Below are positions 29,980-40,711 of a stretch of DNA of 64,000 bases, piece by piece; the stretch's first letter is position 1, and every line of letters starts with the position of its first letter. The position numbers were made by a program, and so were the translations under genes. The stretch is from contig CAVYGB010000002.1 in the NCBI GenBank assembly GCA_963767925.1, forward strand, positions 1,504,001 to 1,568,000, written 5' to 3'. The notes below the pieces were generated by a model. The model saw nothing but the letters and a program-made list of their open reading frames with translations, did not search any database and was not told where the DNA came from. The DNA is from an uncultured delta proteobacterium. Its GTDB lineage: Bacteria; Myxococcota_A; Polyangia; Fen-1088.

Positions 29980-31755
29980 GTGACACCGGTAGCGCCCACC
30001 CTGCTGTACTTGCTGCTGGCGCAGCCCGAAGTCGGCGGCGCCCCGCCTCCCCTCCCCCCGGGGTCCGAATCCGGAGCGCCGGTTCCGGACGGGCCGGCCC
30101 CGCTGGCGGCCGAGGCGAGCGCGGGCGACGCCTTCGCCGTCGACCTCGCGCGCGGGCGGCCCCGGCTGAGCGGCGGCGCCCGGCGCTTCACCGCCGCCGG
30201 GCCCGATCGGGGCACGCTCGCGGTCCGCCTGCGGGGCAGCCTCACCGGCGTGCCGGGCAAGTGGGGCGAGGTGCTCTTCGATCTGCGCGGCACCCCCATC
30301 GCCCAGGTGCCCTGGAACAACCGCACCCAGGTCGAGGCCCAGGTGCGCGTCTCGCCCGCCTTCGTCGGCGACGGCAAGCGCAACTGGTACCGGGCCCACA
30401 GGGCGCGGCTGTTCGTGGTCGACCTGCGCGGGCGGCGCCTGTACCTACCCCACACCGCCATCGTCGACCGGCCCCGGTCCAGCGACGGCTGGCTCGTCCT
30501 GCGCGGACAGCCCACCACCGACGTCCCCATCCCGCTCGGGCGGATCGACCGCGGCATCAACCTGAGCCGCATCACCGGCCTGGGCCTCAACGTCGAGGCC
30601 TTCAACCGCGAGGGCGAGCCGGTGGCCGGGTTCGTCGAGCTGCGCAACCTGCGCGTCACCTTCGGCCCCGCCGTCCCGGTCCGCACCCTCGGCGTGCAGC
30701 CCGCCATCGTCGCCGGGGAGGCCGAGCGCAGCGCCGGGATGATGGCCCGCCTGAGCCAGCGCTGCGGCTTGCGCCCGGGCCAGATGGCGGTCGGCGTGAA
30801 CCTGGCCTGGCCCACCGCCGAGTCCCCGGACGGCGAGCCGATGCAGCTCTACGGTCGCATCCTCGACGGCGGCACCCCCTGGTACAACCGGCTTTGGGAC
30901 GTGGGCGAGGAGGCGGTGGCCATCTCGGTGCGCAACGACTTCCGCGAGATCCGCGAGACCTTCGGCCCGGGGGCGGTGGTGCGGCTGTGGCTGTTCTCCG
31001 ACCTGCGCAGCGGCCTGGCCCTCGACGACGCCGGCGACCCGGTGGCGGTGACCGAGCGGGCCCGCCAGAACATGCACGGCCTGCTGCGCATGGCCGCCGA
31101 GGAGCAGGTGGTGCTGCTGCCGGTGCTGCTCGACTTCCAGATGGCCGACGGTGTGGTGCGCACCGGCCCCGACGGCGCCTGGCAGGTGAGCGAGCGCCCC
31201 GAGCTGATCATCGATCCGGCCCGCCGGGCCAAGCTGGTCAAGGCGCTGGAGGACTTCGTGCGGCTGTTCGCCGGCGACCCGGCCGTCCTGGCCTGGGACG
31301 TGATGAACGAGCCCGAGAACGCCGCCGGGGTTGTCACCCCCGCCCACTTCGCCCAGGTGCAGGCCTTCGTCTACGAGCTTGTCGAGGCGGTCCACCGCGC
31401 CGGCGACCTGGCCACCGTGGGCCACCGCAACGCCGTCGACCCGCGCGACCACTTCCGGGGGCGGGTGGCCAGCGACCTCGGCCAGGCCCACTACTACCCG
31501 CTCGTCGACAGCCGCCCCAACCCGACCCCCTTCGGCCTGCCGATGGCCAACATCTTCGGCCTGTTGCCCGCCGGCTGGGGCGAGCTGCAGGTCCGCCCCG
31601 GAGGCGTCGCCGCCCAGCTCGCCACCGCCCAGCGCGCTGGCCACCGCCTCTTCCTGTTCTGGAGCTGGCGCGGCCACCAGGAGACGGGCGATGGCTACGC
31701 CGTCCGCCCCCACGCCGCCGAGATCCGCCGGGCCGTCGCTGCGCTCCGCCGCTGA
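29980..31755 (+). CDS. Clan GH-A (GH5-like) glycoside hydrolase with N-terminal accessory domain
   Basis: VRLWLF, AWDVMNEPE acid/base motif, HYY, WGE, FWSW. Confidence 0.7.
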   Translation: MTPVAPTLLYLLLAQPEVGGAPPPLPPGSESGAPVPDGPAPLAAEASAGDAFAVDLARGRPRLSGGARRFTAAGPDRGTLAVRLRGSLTGVPGKWGEVLFDLRGTPIAQVPWNNRTQVEAQVRVSPAFVGDGKRNWYRAHRARLFVVDLRGRRLYLPHTAIVDRPRSSDGWLVLRGQPTTDVPIPLGRIDRGINLSRITGLGLNVEAFNREGEPVAGFVELRNLRVTFGPAVPVRTLGVQPAIVAGEAERSAGMMARLSQRCGLRPGQMAVGVNLAWPTAESPDGEPMQLYGRILDGGTPWYNRLWDVGEEAVAISVRNDFREIRETFGPGAVVRLWLFSDLRSGLALDDAGDPVAVTERARQNMHGLLRMAAEEQVVLLPVLLDFQMADGVVRTGPDGAWQVSERPELIIDPARRAKLVKALEDFVRLFAGDPAVLAWDVMNEPENAAGVVTPAHFAQVQAFVYELVEAVHRAGDLATVGHRNAVDPRDHFRGRVASDLGQAHYYPLVDSRPNPTPFGLPMANIFGLLPAGWGELQVRPGGVAAQLATAQRAGHRLFLFWSWRGHQETGDGYAVRPHAAEIRRAVAALRR

Positions 31756-31886
31756 CGCGCGCCCCCGCCAGGAGACGTCAAACCCACAAAACTCCAGGAA
31801 TGTCGGGGGATGACCGCCCGGCCGCGGTGCCCGGGTGTGCGCCGACACGCGCCTGAGGTAAATTGACGGGCCGACAACGGACCACT

Positions 31887-31960
31887 GCGCCCATAGCTCA
31901 ATTGGATAGAGCAGCGGCCTTCTAAGCCGCTGGCTGGGGGTTCGATTCCCTCTGGGCGCG
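31887..31960 (+). tRNA. tRNA-Arg (anticodon TCT)
   Basis: GCGCCCA/TGGGCGC acceptor stem, GCGGC-CTTCTAA-GCCGC anticodon arm, GGTTCGATTCC T arm; CCA not encoded. Confidence 0.95.
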
Positions 31961-31974
31961 CGAAGGATCGACCC

Positions 31975-33081
31975 ATGATCACCGTGCCAGTCCCCATCGA
32001 ACCACGCAGCTACGAGGTCCTCATCGGCGTGGTGCCGCCAGCCGAGGCGGCAGCGGCCATCGCCGGCGCGCTCGACCGGCCCACCGGAGTGGCCATCTTG
32101 ATCGATGGCCAGCTCGGCGAGGTCTCGCCCCGGGCGGCCGAGCTGGTGGCGGCGCTGACCGCCCGGCTGCCGCGCGTGCAGAAGTACGCCTTGCCCCCGG
32201 GCGAGTCGAGCAAGACCCTCGGCGCCGTCGAGCGCACCTGCCAGTGGCTGGCCGAGCGGGGCTTCGACCGGGGGGCCGCCGTGGTGGGCATCGGCGGCGG
32301 GGCGGCCAGCGACCACGCCGGGTTCGCCGCCGCGGTCTACCTGCGGGGGATCGACTTCGCCCTCGTGTCGACGACCCTGCTCGGCATGGTCGACGCCAGC
32401 GTGGGCGGCAAGACCGGGGTCGACCTGCCGGCGGGCAAGAACCTCGTCGGCGCCTTCCACCAGCCGCGCGCGGTGATCGCCGACCTGGGGTTCCTCGCCA
32501 CCTTGCCCCCCCGCGAGCAGGCCTCGGGGATGGCCGAGATCGTCAAGGCGGGGCTCATCGCCGACGCCGACCTGCTGGCCCGGATCGAGGCCGACGTGGA
32601 GGCGGGGCGGGTGTACACCCTGCCGGCGCTGGCCGCGACGGTGGCGGCCGCCGTGCGGGTCAAGGTCGAGGTCGTCACCTGCGACGAGCGGGAGGCCGGC
32701 CGCCGCGCCATCCTGAACTTCGGGCACACGCTGGGGCACGCCCTGGAGTCCGAGTCGGACTACGGCCTGCTGCACGGCGAGGCGGTCTCGCTCGGCATGA
32801 TCGCCGCCCTGGCCTACGGCGCCGCCCGCGGCGTCACCGACCCGGAGCTGCGCCCGCGGGCCGCCCGCCTGCTGGCCCGGCTGGCCCTGCCGATCGATGT
32901 GGAGCGGCGGGTCTCGCCCGCGGTCCTTTCCCGCATCGAGGTCGACAAGAAGCGCCGGGCGGACAACGTCGGGTTCGTCTTCGTGCCCCGCCTGGGCGAG
33001 GCCCGGGTCGAGGAGATCGCCCTCGCCGATCTGCGGCGCGATCTGCCGGCCGCGCTCGCCCTCCCGGGAGTCCCGGCGTGA
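31975..33081 (+). CDS. aroB: 3-dehydroquinate synthase
   Basis: GGG..SD..GF, TTLLGMVDASVGGKTG, KNLVGAFHQP, LNFGHTLGHALE, LLHGEAV. Confidence 0.95.
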   Translation: MITVPVPIEPRSYEVLIGVVPPAEAAAAIAGALDRPTGVAILIDGQLGEVSPRAAELVAALTARLPRVQKYALPPGESSKTLGAVERTCQWLAERGFDRGAAVVGIGGGAASDHAGFAAAVYLRGIDFALVSTTLLGMVDASVGGKTGVDLPAGKNLVGAFHQPRAVIADLGFLATLPPREQASGMAEIVKAGLIADADLLARIEADVEAGRVYTLPALAATVAAAVRVKVEVVTCDEREAGRRAILNFGHTLGHALESESDYGLLHGEAVSLGMIAALAYGAARGVTDPELRPRAARLLARLALPIDVERRVSPAVLSRIEVDKKRRADNVGFVFVPRLGEARVEEIALADLRRDLPAALALPGVPA

Positions 33082-33584
33082 GGCGGGTGTCGGCCCTGGC
33101 CCTGCTGCTGGCCCTGGCCTGCCAGGACTCCGATCCGCCCGCCGCCGGCGGGCCCCCCGAGGGAATCGCCGCCGGCACGCCCCAGGTGCCGCCGCAGGGA
33201 CAGCCCGCCATGGAGGCCTGGCTGGCCGCCGGGCACTACAAGTCCTGGCGCTGCGAGAGCATGATCTTCCCCGCCCGCCTCAACGGCGTGCACGGCAAGC
33301 ACCGCATCTGCTCGAACGACGCCCTGGTCGCGGCCGTGGGCGCGACCTTCCCGGTGGGGGCGGCCTCGGTCAAGGAGATGTTTTACGGCCCGGACAACAA
33401 GCCCAACGGCTACGCGGTGGGGATCAAGGTCGCGCCCGGTCCGGGCTCGACCACCTGGTACTGGTACGAGCGCGCCGGCTCGCTGCCCACCTTGCGCCCG
33501 GTCGCCGACTCGATCGCCCAGCCGACCTGCGCCGGCTGCCACGCCCTGGCCTCCCGCGACAACGTCTTCCTCCGCGCCGAATAG
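33078..33584 (+). CDS. Lipoprotein, cytochrome P460/c'-beta-like c-type cytochrome
   Basis: LLLALAC lipobox, FPVGAASVKE, WYWY, C-terminal CAGCH...DNVF; GTGA overlap with aroB. Confidence 0.65.
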   Translation: MRRVSALALLLALACQDSDPPAAGGPPEGIAAGTPQVPPQGQPAMEAWLAAGHYKSWRCESMIFPARLNGVHGKHRICSNDALVAAVGATFPVGAASVKEMFYGPDNKPNGYAVGIKVAPGPGSTTWYWYERAGSLPTLRPVADSIAQPTCAGCHALASRDNVFLRAE

Positions 33585-33594
33585 CCCAACGGGA

Positions 33595-33787
33595 GCAGGC
33601 GCGAGCATTCTGCCCCCCGCAGCCCATTCGCCTGCAGAGCAGGCGCGCGAGCATTCTGCCCCCGCAGCCCATTCGCCTGCAGAGAGGCGCGAGCATTCTG
33701 CCCCCGCAGCCCATTCGCCTGCAGAGCGCCAGCATTCTGCCCCCGCAGCCCATTCGCCTGCAGAGCAGGCGCGAGCATTCTGCCCCC
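33595..33787. repeat. Tandem ~40-bp repeat, ~4.5 copies (GCGAGCATTCTGCCCCCGCAGCCCATTCGCCTGCAGAG)
   Basis: Read directly; REP-B follows at 33819. Confidence 0.9.
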
Positions 33788-33876
33788 GCGCTCGCCCGAC
33801 ATTCGCCCCCCGCTGCCCGTTCGCCCTCGCCCCGCGGCAGCGGGGAGAGGGAGGGGTGAGGGGGCTCCGGCGGGCG

Positions 33877-35256
33877 CTAGCGGCCGAGCTGGGCCCGGAT
33901 CTCGGCGATCCGCTCGGGGATGGCCTCCTGGAAGAAGGCGCACTCGGCCAGGAAGTCGCGATAGCTGGGGCCGCGGTTCGGGTCGGCGTTGACGTAGGCG
34001 GCCACCTGCTCGCAGATCGCCCGGGCCTTCTCCGGCAGTCGGGTCAACACGCGATCGCGGATGTCGACCAGCTTGTCCACGAACAGCCCCCGCCAGGTGG
34101 GGTGCTGGTTGATGAGCTGGCGCAGCTTGTTGGGCTCCGGCTCCCAGAACGCGAACACGTCGGAGTCAGCGTCGGCCGAGTAGATGGTGTCGAGGTCCCA
34201 GGGCAGGACCAGAAAGCCGCGCTGGGGGTGGTCGTAGAGGTAGTAGTTGAGCGCCCCGTTCGAGAAGTTGTCGTCGGTGAGGGCGGCGGTCTCCGCGGCC
34301 AGCTCGAGCACGATCTGGTCGATGTCCACCATGGCGTCGAGCTGCGAGTAGAAGTCGGCGTGGTTGCCGCCGAGGGGCTCGCGGTCGATGAGCGCGTTGA
34401 GCGCCTGCAGCCGGGACTCGTCCGGCATGTCCTCGTTGGTCTTGAGCTCGTAGCCGCTCTCCCAGAGGTTGCCGTCGCTGGCGGCGGCCCCGTAGTGGTC
34501 CTCCAGGAACTCCTTGTCGATCGCCTCGATGTTCATGTAGAGGCCCAGAAAGACCCCGTCCTTGAACACCCGGGCGTGATTGACCCGGGGGGCGTCGAGG
34601 CCGGCCTCGCGCATGAGCCACATGCCCAGCCGGTCACGGATGGGCGCGGCGGTCTCGTCGAAGTACTCCAGGTTCAGGCGCCGCAGACCCCGGAAGCGGC
34701 CCTGCTTGTTGAGGAGGTTGAAGCGGACGACGATCTGGGGCTTGGGCTCCGACCGCCAGAGCTCGGTGGTGCCCTTGCGCCGGCAGTGCGCCTCGGGGAC
34801 CGTCTGCCCCTCGAAGGTGAACGAGCACCTGGCCCAGCGGCTGTCGTCCTCGTTCATCTGCAGGTTGAGCAGCCGCTCCCACTCGCCGGGAGGGAAGGTG
34901 AGGAACATGTCGACGACCTTGCTCTCGTCGAACAGGGCGACCGACTGCGGGCTGGTGCCGGGGGCGCCAGGCGGGGTGGTCGCCGGGGGTGCCGGGGGTG
35001 GCGTGGGGGGGGCCGGCAGGGGCGGAGGGGGCGGAGGGGGCGCGGGCGGCATCGCCGCCGGGGGGGCGGGCACGCTGCCGGTGCCGCCGGTGCCGGGGGT
35101 CGAACCGCCGGCGCCCGGGTTGGTCGCGCCGCCCATGGCCGCCGGGGGCAGGGCGGGGGGCTCGTTGCCAGGGTCGAGCGGCGGCGGCTCCGACTCGCCG
35201 GCCCCTCCGCACGACAGGAGCAGCAGCAGGGAAAACGCGTATCTAAGCTGTCTCAT
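33877..35256 (-). CDS. CotH kinase family lipoprotein
   Basis: LLLLSC lipobox, RRKG, GLRRLNL, GLYMNIEAID..FL, NYYLY, LPWDLD. Confidence 0.85.
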   Translation of the reverse strand: MRQLRYAFSLLLLLSCGGAGESEPPPLDPGNEPPALPPAAMGGATNPGAGGSTPGTGGTGSVPAPPAAMPPAPPPPPPPLPAPPTPPPAPPATTPPGAPGTSPQSVALFDESKVVDMFLTFPPGEWERLLNLQMNEDDSRWARCSFTFEGQTVPEAHCRRKGTTELWRSEPKPQIVVRFNLLNKQGRFRGLRRLNLEYFDETAAPIRDRLGMWLMREAGLDAPRVNHARVFKDGVFLGLYMNIEAIDKEFLEDHYGAAASDGNLWESGYELKTNEDMPDESRLQALNALIDREPLGGNHADFYSQLDAMVDIDQIVLELAAETAALTDDNFSNGALNYYLYDHPQRGFLVLPWDLDTIYSADADSDVFAFWEPEPNKLRQLINQHPTWRGLFVDKLVDIRDRVLTRLPEKARAICEQVAAYVNADPNRGPSYRDFLAECAFFQEAIPERIAEIRAQLGR

Positions 35257-35887
35257 ACTGGGCACCCCACCGTAACCCGGGGCGTCTTTTCCAGCCATGA
35301 GCCGAATCGGCACGATGGGCCGATTCGGTTTCACGCAACGTCATGACCAAGGCGACACCCCCGGAAATAAAGCCTGCGATACGAGGTTTCTGCCTCGCCC
35401 CGGATCGCCCCTTCGCTCCCGCCGTCCCGGCCGGTGATCCGAGCCCTGATTGTGAACGATCCGTAACGGACTTGCTTCATCTCCAAGATGGGATCGCTCC
35501 CCTCGCCGCGAAAGGGGGAACGCCAACGGGACCGCCCGGGAAGGCGCGCGGCCGACAGCGCCGCGCCCCGGGCTGCCGCCGATCAGCCGGACCGGCGGAG
35601 GCGGATACTCCGGGCGCGTTGCTCCGGTGGCCCTGAGGCCCCAACTCGTGGGATTGGATAGATCATCATGTTGCAACAGCGCTCCTCGAATCCGGACGGC
35701 ACCGGCCAGCCGCTCGCGCCATCTTCGTCGCCTCGCAGGGGCCGCCGCGCGCCAGCCACGGGCAGACATGGGTGGTAGCGGGCGCCTACCCGCGCCAGCC
35801 GCCGTCGACCCGTCGAGCGCGCGCCAGCCGCTGGCCGGTGCCGATCCCCGGACGAGTGACCCCCGCTCGCGCGACGCCGGGTCGGCC

Positions 35888-37123
35888 GTGACTGTGCTGG
35901 CCCTCACCCTGCTGGCGGTCACCCTGTTCGCCTTCGGGGTGCCCACCGCGGCCTCGGCGGCCGAGCCGGCCGGAGATGCCTCCGGCTCCCGGCTTGAGAA
36001 GACCCTCGTCCCGCTGTTCGGCGGCGACACCGACGTGGGGCTCGGGATCGGCGTGATCGCGAGCATGGCCCGGGTCGACCCGACCTCCGACCCGTTTCGC
36101 TGGAAGATCGAGGGGGCCGCCTTCGCCACCGCCAAGCTGACCGACGAAGAGGGGCTGACCGCGCCCTTCCAGGACATCTTCGTGGTGCTCGCCCGCCACG
36201 GCCTGTTCGGGGACCGCCTGCGCCTGCAGCTCCGTCCCTCGTTCACGCGCGAGACCAACCTGCGCTACTTCGGGGTGGGCAACGCCTCGCAGGCCCCGGA
36301 CGACGAGGTGCCCGCGCGCGACTTCTTCACCCGCACCCACCCCACCGTGCGCGCGCTCGGCCGGGTCCGGCTCGGGGGCCCGCTGCACCTGCTGCTGGGG
36401 ACGACTTACATCTACAACTGGATCAGCTACCAATCGGTGTCGCGCCTGGCCTCCGACCTGGCCCGGCCGGCCGCGCCGGGGCACAGCCTCCTGCTGCTGA
36501 ACCAGGAGCACGGCGTGCACCTCATCGAGACCGGGCTGGTGCTCGACACCCGCGACAACGAGGTGGCGCCCACGTCGGGGCAATACCACCAGATCGACGC
36601 CCGCCTGAGCCCCTGGCAGACCCCCAACATGCCCTACCGATACCTGGGGCTGAGCGCCAACCTGCGCCTGTACCTGCCGCTCGGCAGCGATCGGATCGTC
36701 CTGGCGACCCGGCTGGTGGGCGACATCCTGATCGGCGACGCGCCCCTTTACGAGCTGTCCCGCTTCGACGAGTCCTCGGCCCTCGGCGGGGCCCGCTTCG
36801 TGCGCGGCATCCCCACCAACCGCTATTACGGCAAGCGCAAGATCCTCGGCAACGTCGAGCTGCGCACCCGCATCGCCCGCTTCCGCGTCGCCCGCAGCGA
36901 CTACCAGCTCGGGCTGACCGGCTTCGCCGACGGCGGCCGGGTCTGGGCCGACGACCTGAGCTCCGCCCCCGCCCTCGACGGCAGCGGCCTGGGGATCCAC
37001 TACGGGGTCGGCGGCGGCCTGCGCATCCAGAAGGGCGAGACCTTCGTCCTGCGCGCCGACCTGGCCTGGTCCCCCGACGCCCGCCCGGTCGGCGCCTACC
37101 TCCTCGCCGGCCAGCTCTTCTAG
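35888..37123 (+). CDS. Omp85/BamA-TamA-like beta-barrel outer-membrane protein
   Basis: LDTRDNE..PTSG, LGGARFVRG.PTNRY.G, FADGGRVW, terminal F; start uncertain. Confidence 0.8.
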   Translation: MTVLALTLLAVTLFAFGVPTAASAAEPAGDASGSRLEKTLVPLFGGDTDVGLGIGVIASMARVDPTSDPFRWKIEGAAFATAKLTDEEGLTAPFQDIFVVLARHGLFGDRLRLQLRPSFTRETNLRYFGVGNASQAPDDEVPARDFFTRTHPTVRALGRVRLGGPLHLLLGTTYIYNWISYQSVSRLASDLARPAAPGHSLLLLNQEHGVHLIETGLVLDTRDNEVAPTSGQYHQIDARLSPWQTPNMPYRYLGLSANLRLYLPLGSDRIVLATRLVGDILIGDAPLYELSRFDESSALGGARFVRGIPTNRYYGKRKILGNVELRTRIARFRVARSDYQLGLTGFADGGRVWADDLSSAPALDGSGLGIHYGVGGGLRIQKGETFVLRADLAWSPDARPVGAYLLAGQLF

Positions 37124-37130
37124 CCGCCCG

Positions 37131-37660
37131 CGGACCCCTCACCCCAACCCTCTCCCCGCTGCCGCGGGGCGAGGGCGAACGGGCAACGGGACGCGCAAAT
37201 CTCGGACGAACCCGCCGTCGGTCCCACGCTCGGGAAGATGACCGGGCCCCCTTGATCGTTGGCCCTCTCCCCGCGGCAGCGGGGAGAGGCTTCGTGACGC
37301 CGGAGACGGCCTCACCCCCACTGACGGAAATGGTGAGCTCAGTGATCTCGAGCGGTTACGCCATTTTCATAGCAGGGAGGGGTGAGGGGTCTGCGGTGGG
37401 CCGCTGGCTGATTGTTCACCCTCGCCGCGGCAGCGGGGGAGGGGTGAGGGGTCTGCGGTGGGCCTCTGGCTGATTGTTCACCCTCGCCCCGCGGCAGCGG
37501 GGGAGGGGTGAGGGGTCTGCGGTGGGCCTCTGGCTGATTGTTCACCCTCGCCCCGCGGCAGCGGGGGAGGGGTGAGGGGTCTGCGGTGGGCCGCTGGCTG
37601 ATTGTTCGCCCTCGCCCCGCGGCAGCGGGGAGAGGGAGGGGTGAGGGGTCTGCGGTGGCC
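37131..37660. repeat. BIME-like cluster of REP-B elements, including a ~63-bp unit repeated 4-5 times at 37379-37660
   Basis: GGGGTGAGGGGTCTGCGGTGGGCCGCTGGCTGATTGTTCACCCTCGCCCCGCGGCAGCGGGGGAG; between convergent genes. Confidence 0.9.
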
Positions 37661-39129
<1,469 letters not shown>

Positions 39130-39133
<4 letters not shown>

Positions 39134-40662
39134 GCCCGCGCGCCTCGCGGCAGCGCGAAGGCCGAACGCGCCTCTTCCCGGTCGTCGAAGTGCACCTTCT
39201 GGGTGCCGAGGATCTGGTAGTCCTCGTGCCCCTTGCCGGCGATCAGCACGGTGTCGCCCGGGCGGGCGGCGGCGATGGCCCGGCGGATGGCGCTGCGGCG
39301 GTCGACCTCGACGTGGTAGCCCCGCTCGCTGCGGGCCAGGGCCTCGGCCGGCTGCTCGGGCACCGTCGTGCGGCGCACGCCCACACAGACCATCTCGACG
39401 ATGCGGCGGGGGTCCTCGGTGCGCGGGTTGTCGGAGGTGACGATGCTGACGTCGGCCAGCCGGGCGGCCGCCTCGCCCATCAGCGGCCGCTTGGTGGGGT
39501 CGCGGTCCCCGCCGCAGCCGAACACGACGATGAGCCGCCCCCGGGTCAGCGGCCGCACGGCGCCCAGGGCCCGCTCGATCGCGTCGGGCGTGTGGGCGTA
39601 GTCGACGACGCACAGGACGCCGGCGGCGTTGTCCACCCGCTCGAGCCGGCCGGGGACCTGGCGCTGGCGGGCCAGGCCGCTGGCGATGGCCGCCGGCTCG
39701 ATGCCGTGCCCGATGGCCATGCCCACCGCCAGCGTCAGGTTGGCCAGGTTGAAGTCGCCGACCAGGGCCGACTCGACCTCCACCACGCCGGCGGGCGTGT
39801 CGAGGCGCCCGCGCGTCCCGCGCTCGTCGAGGCGGATGTCGCGCACGCGCACGTCGGCCGGCACGTGCGGATCGGTCGCCACCGTGAGCACCCGCCCGCG
39901 CACCACCGCCCGCATGCGCCGCCCGTCCTCGCGGTCGGCGAACACCACCGACACCCCGTCGGCGGCCAGCAAGTCGCGAAACAGGATGGTCTTGGCCTCG
40001 AAGTAGCGGTCCATCGTGCCGTGGTAGTCGAGGTGGTCCTGGGTGAAGTTGGTCAGGCCGGCGGTCCGGAAGCGGCAGCCCGCCACCCGCCCCTGCTCGA
40101 GCGCGATCGAGGTGGTCTCCATCACGACATCGGTGGCCCCCTCCTGCTGCATCCGGGAGAGCGACTCGTGCAGGGACAGCGCCCCCGGCGTGGTCAGCGG
40201 CGCCGGGATGGTCAGGGTCCCGAAGCGGTAGCTCACGGTGCCGATCACCGCCGGCCGCTTGCCGGCCGCCTCGAAGATGGCCTCGAGCAGGTAGGTGGTG
40301 GTGGTCTTGCCGTTGGTGCCGGTGATCCCGGTGAAGACCAGGCGCTCGGCCGCCCCGTACCGGCGCGCCGCCATCACGCCCAGGGCCCAGCGCGGGTAGC
40401 GCACGGCCACCCAGGCGGCGGGCCGGGCCCCGGCCAGCCCGTCGGGCGGCGAGCCCTCCGCCACAACCGCCACCGCCCCGCGGGCCAGCGCCTCGCCGAT
40501 GAACTGCCGCCCGTCGGCGCGCGATCCGGGCACCGCGACGAACAGATCGCCCGGCTCCACCAGGCGCGAGTCGTCGCGGACCTCCTTGATGGCCAGGTCC
40601 TCGACCCCGTACAGAAGCCGCGCGTCAGGTACGCCGGCGATCAGGTCCCGCAGCAGAGGCAT
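39130..40662 (-). CDS. murE: UDP-MurNAc-dipeptide meso-DAP ligase
   Basis: TGTNGKTT, DHLDYHG, DYAHTPDA, DNPR, AGKGHEDYQ. Confidence 0.95.
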
Positions 40663-40711
40663 GGTCACCCCTATCATTGCGCGGCCCGAGCGCGGCCGGC
40701 GCCAAAAAACA

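Noticed and set aside
31887..31960. tRNA as an integration site
   Set aside because: No duplicated tRNA 3' end or site-specific integrase nearby
33595..33787. Possible CRISPR array (also 17188-17318 and 37379-37660)
   Set aside because: Units are contiguous with no unique spacers, and there are no cas genes
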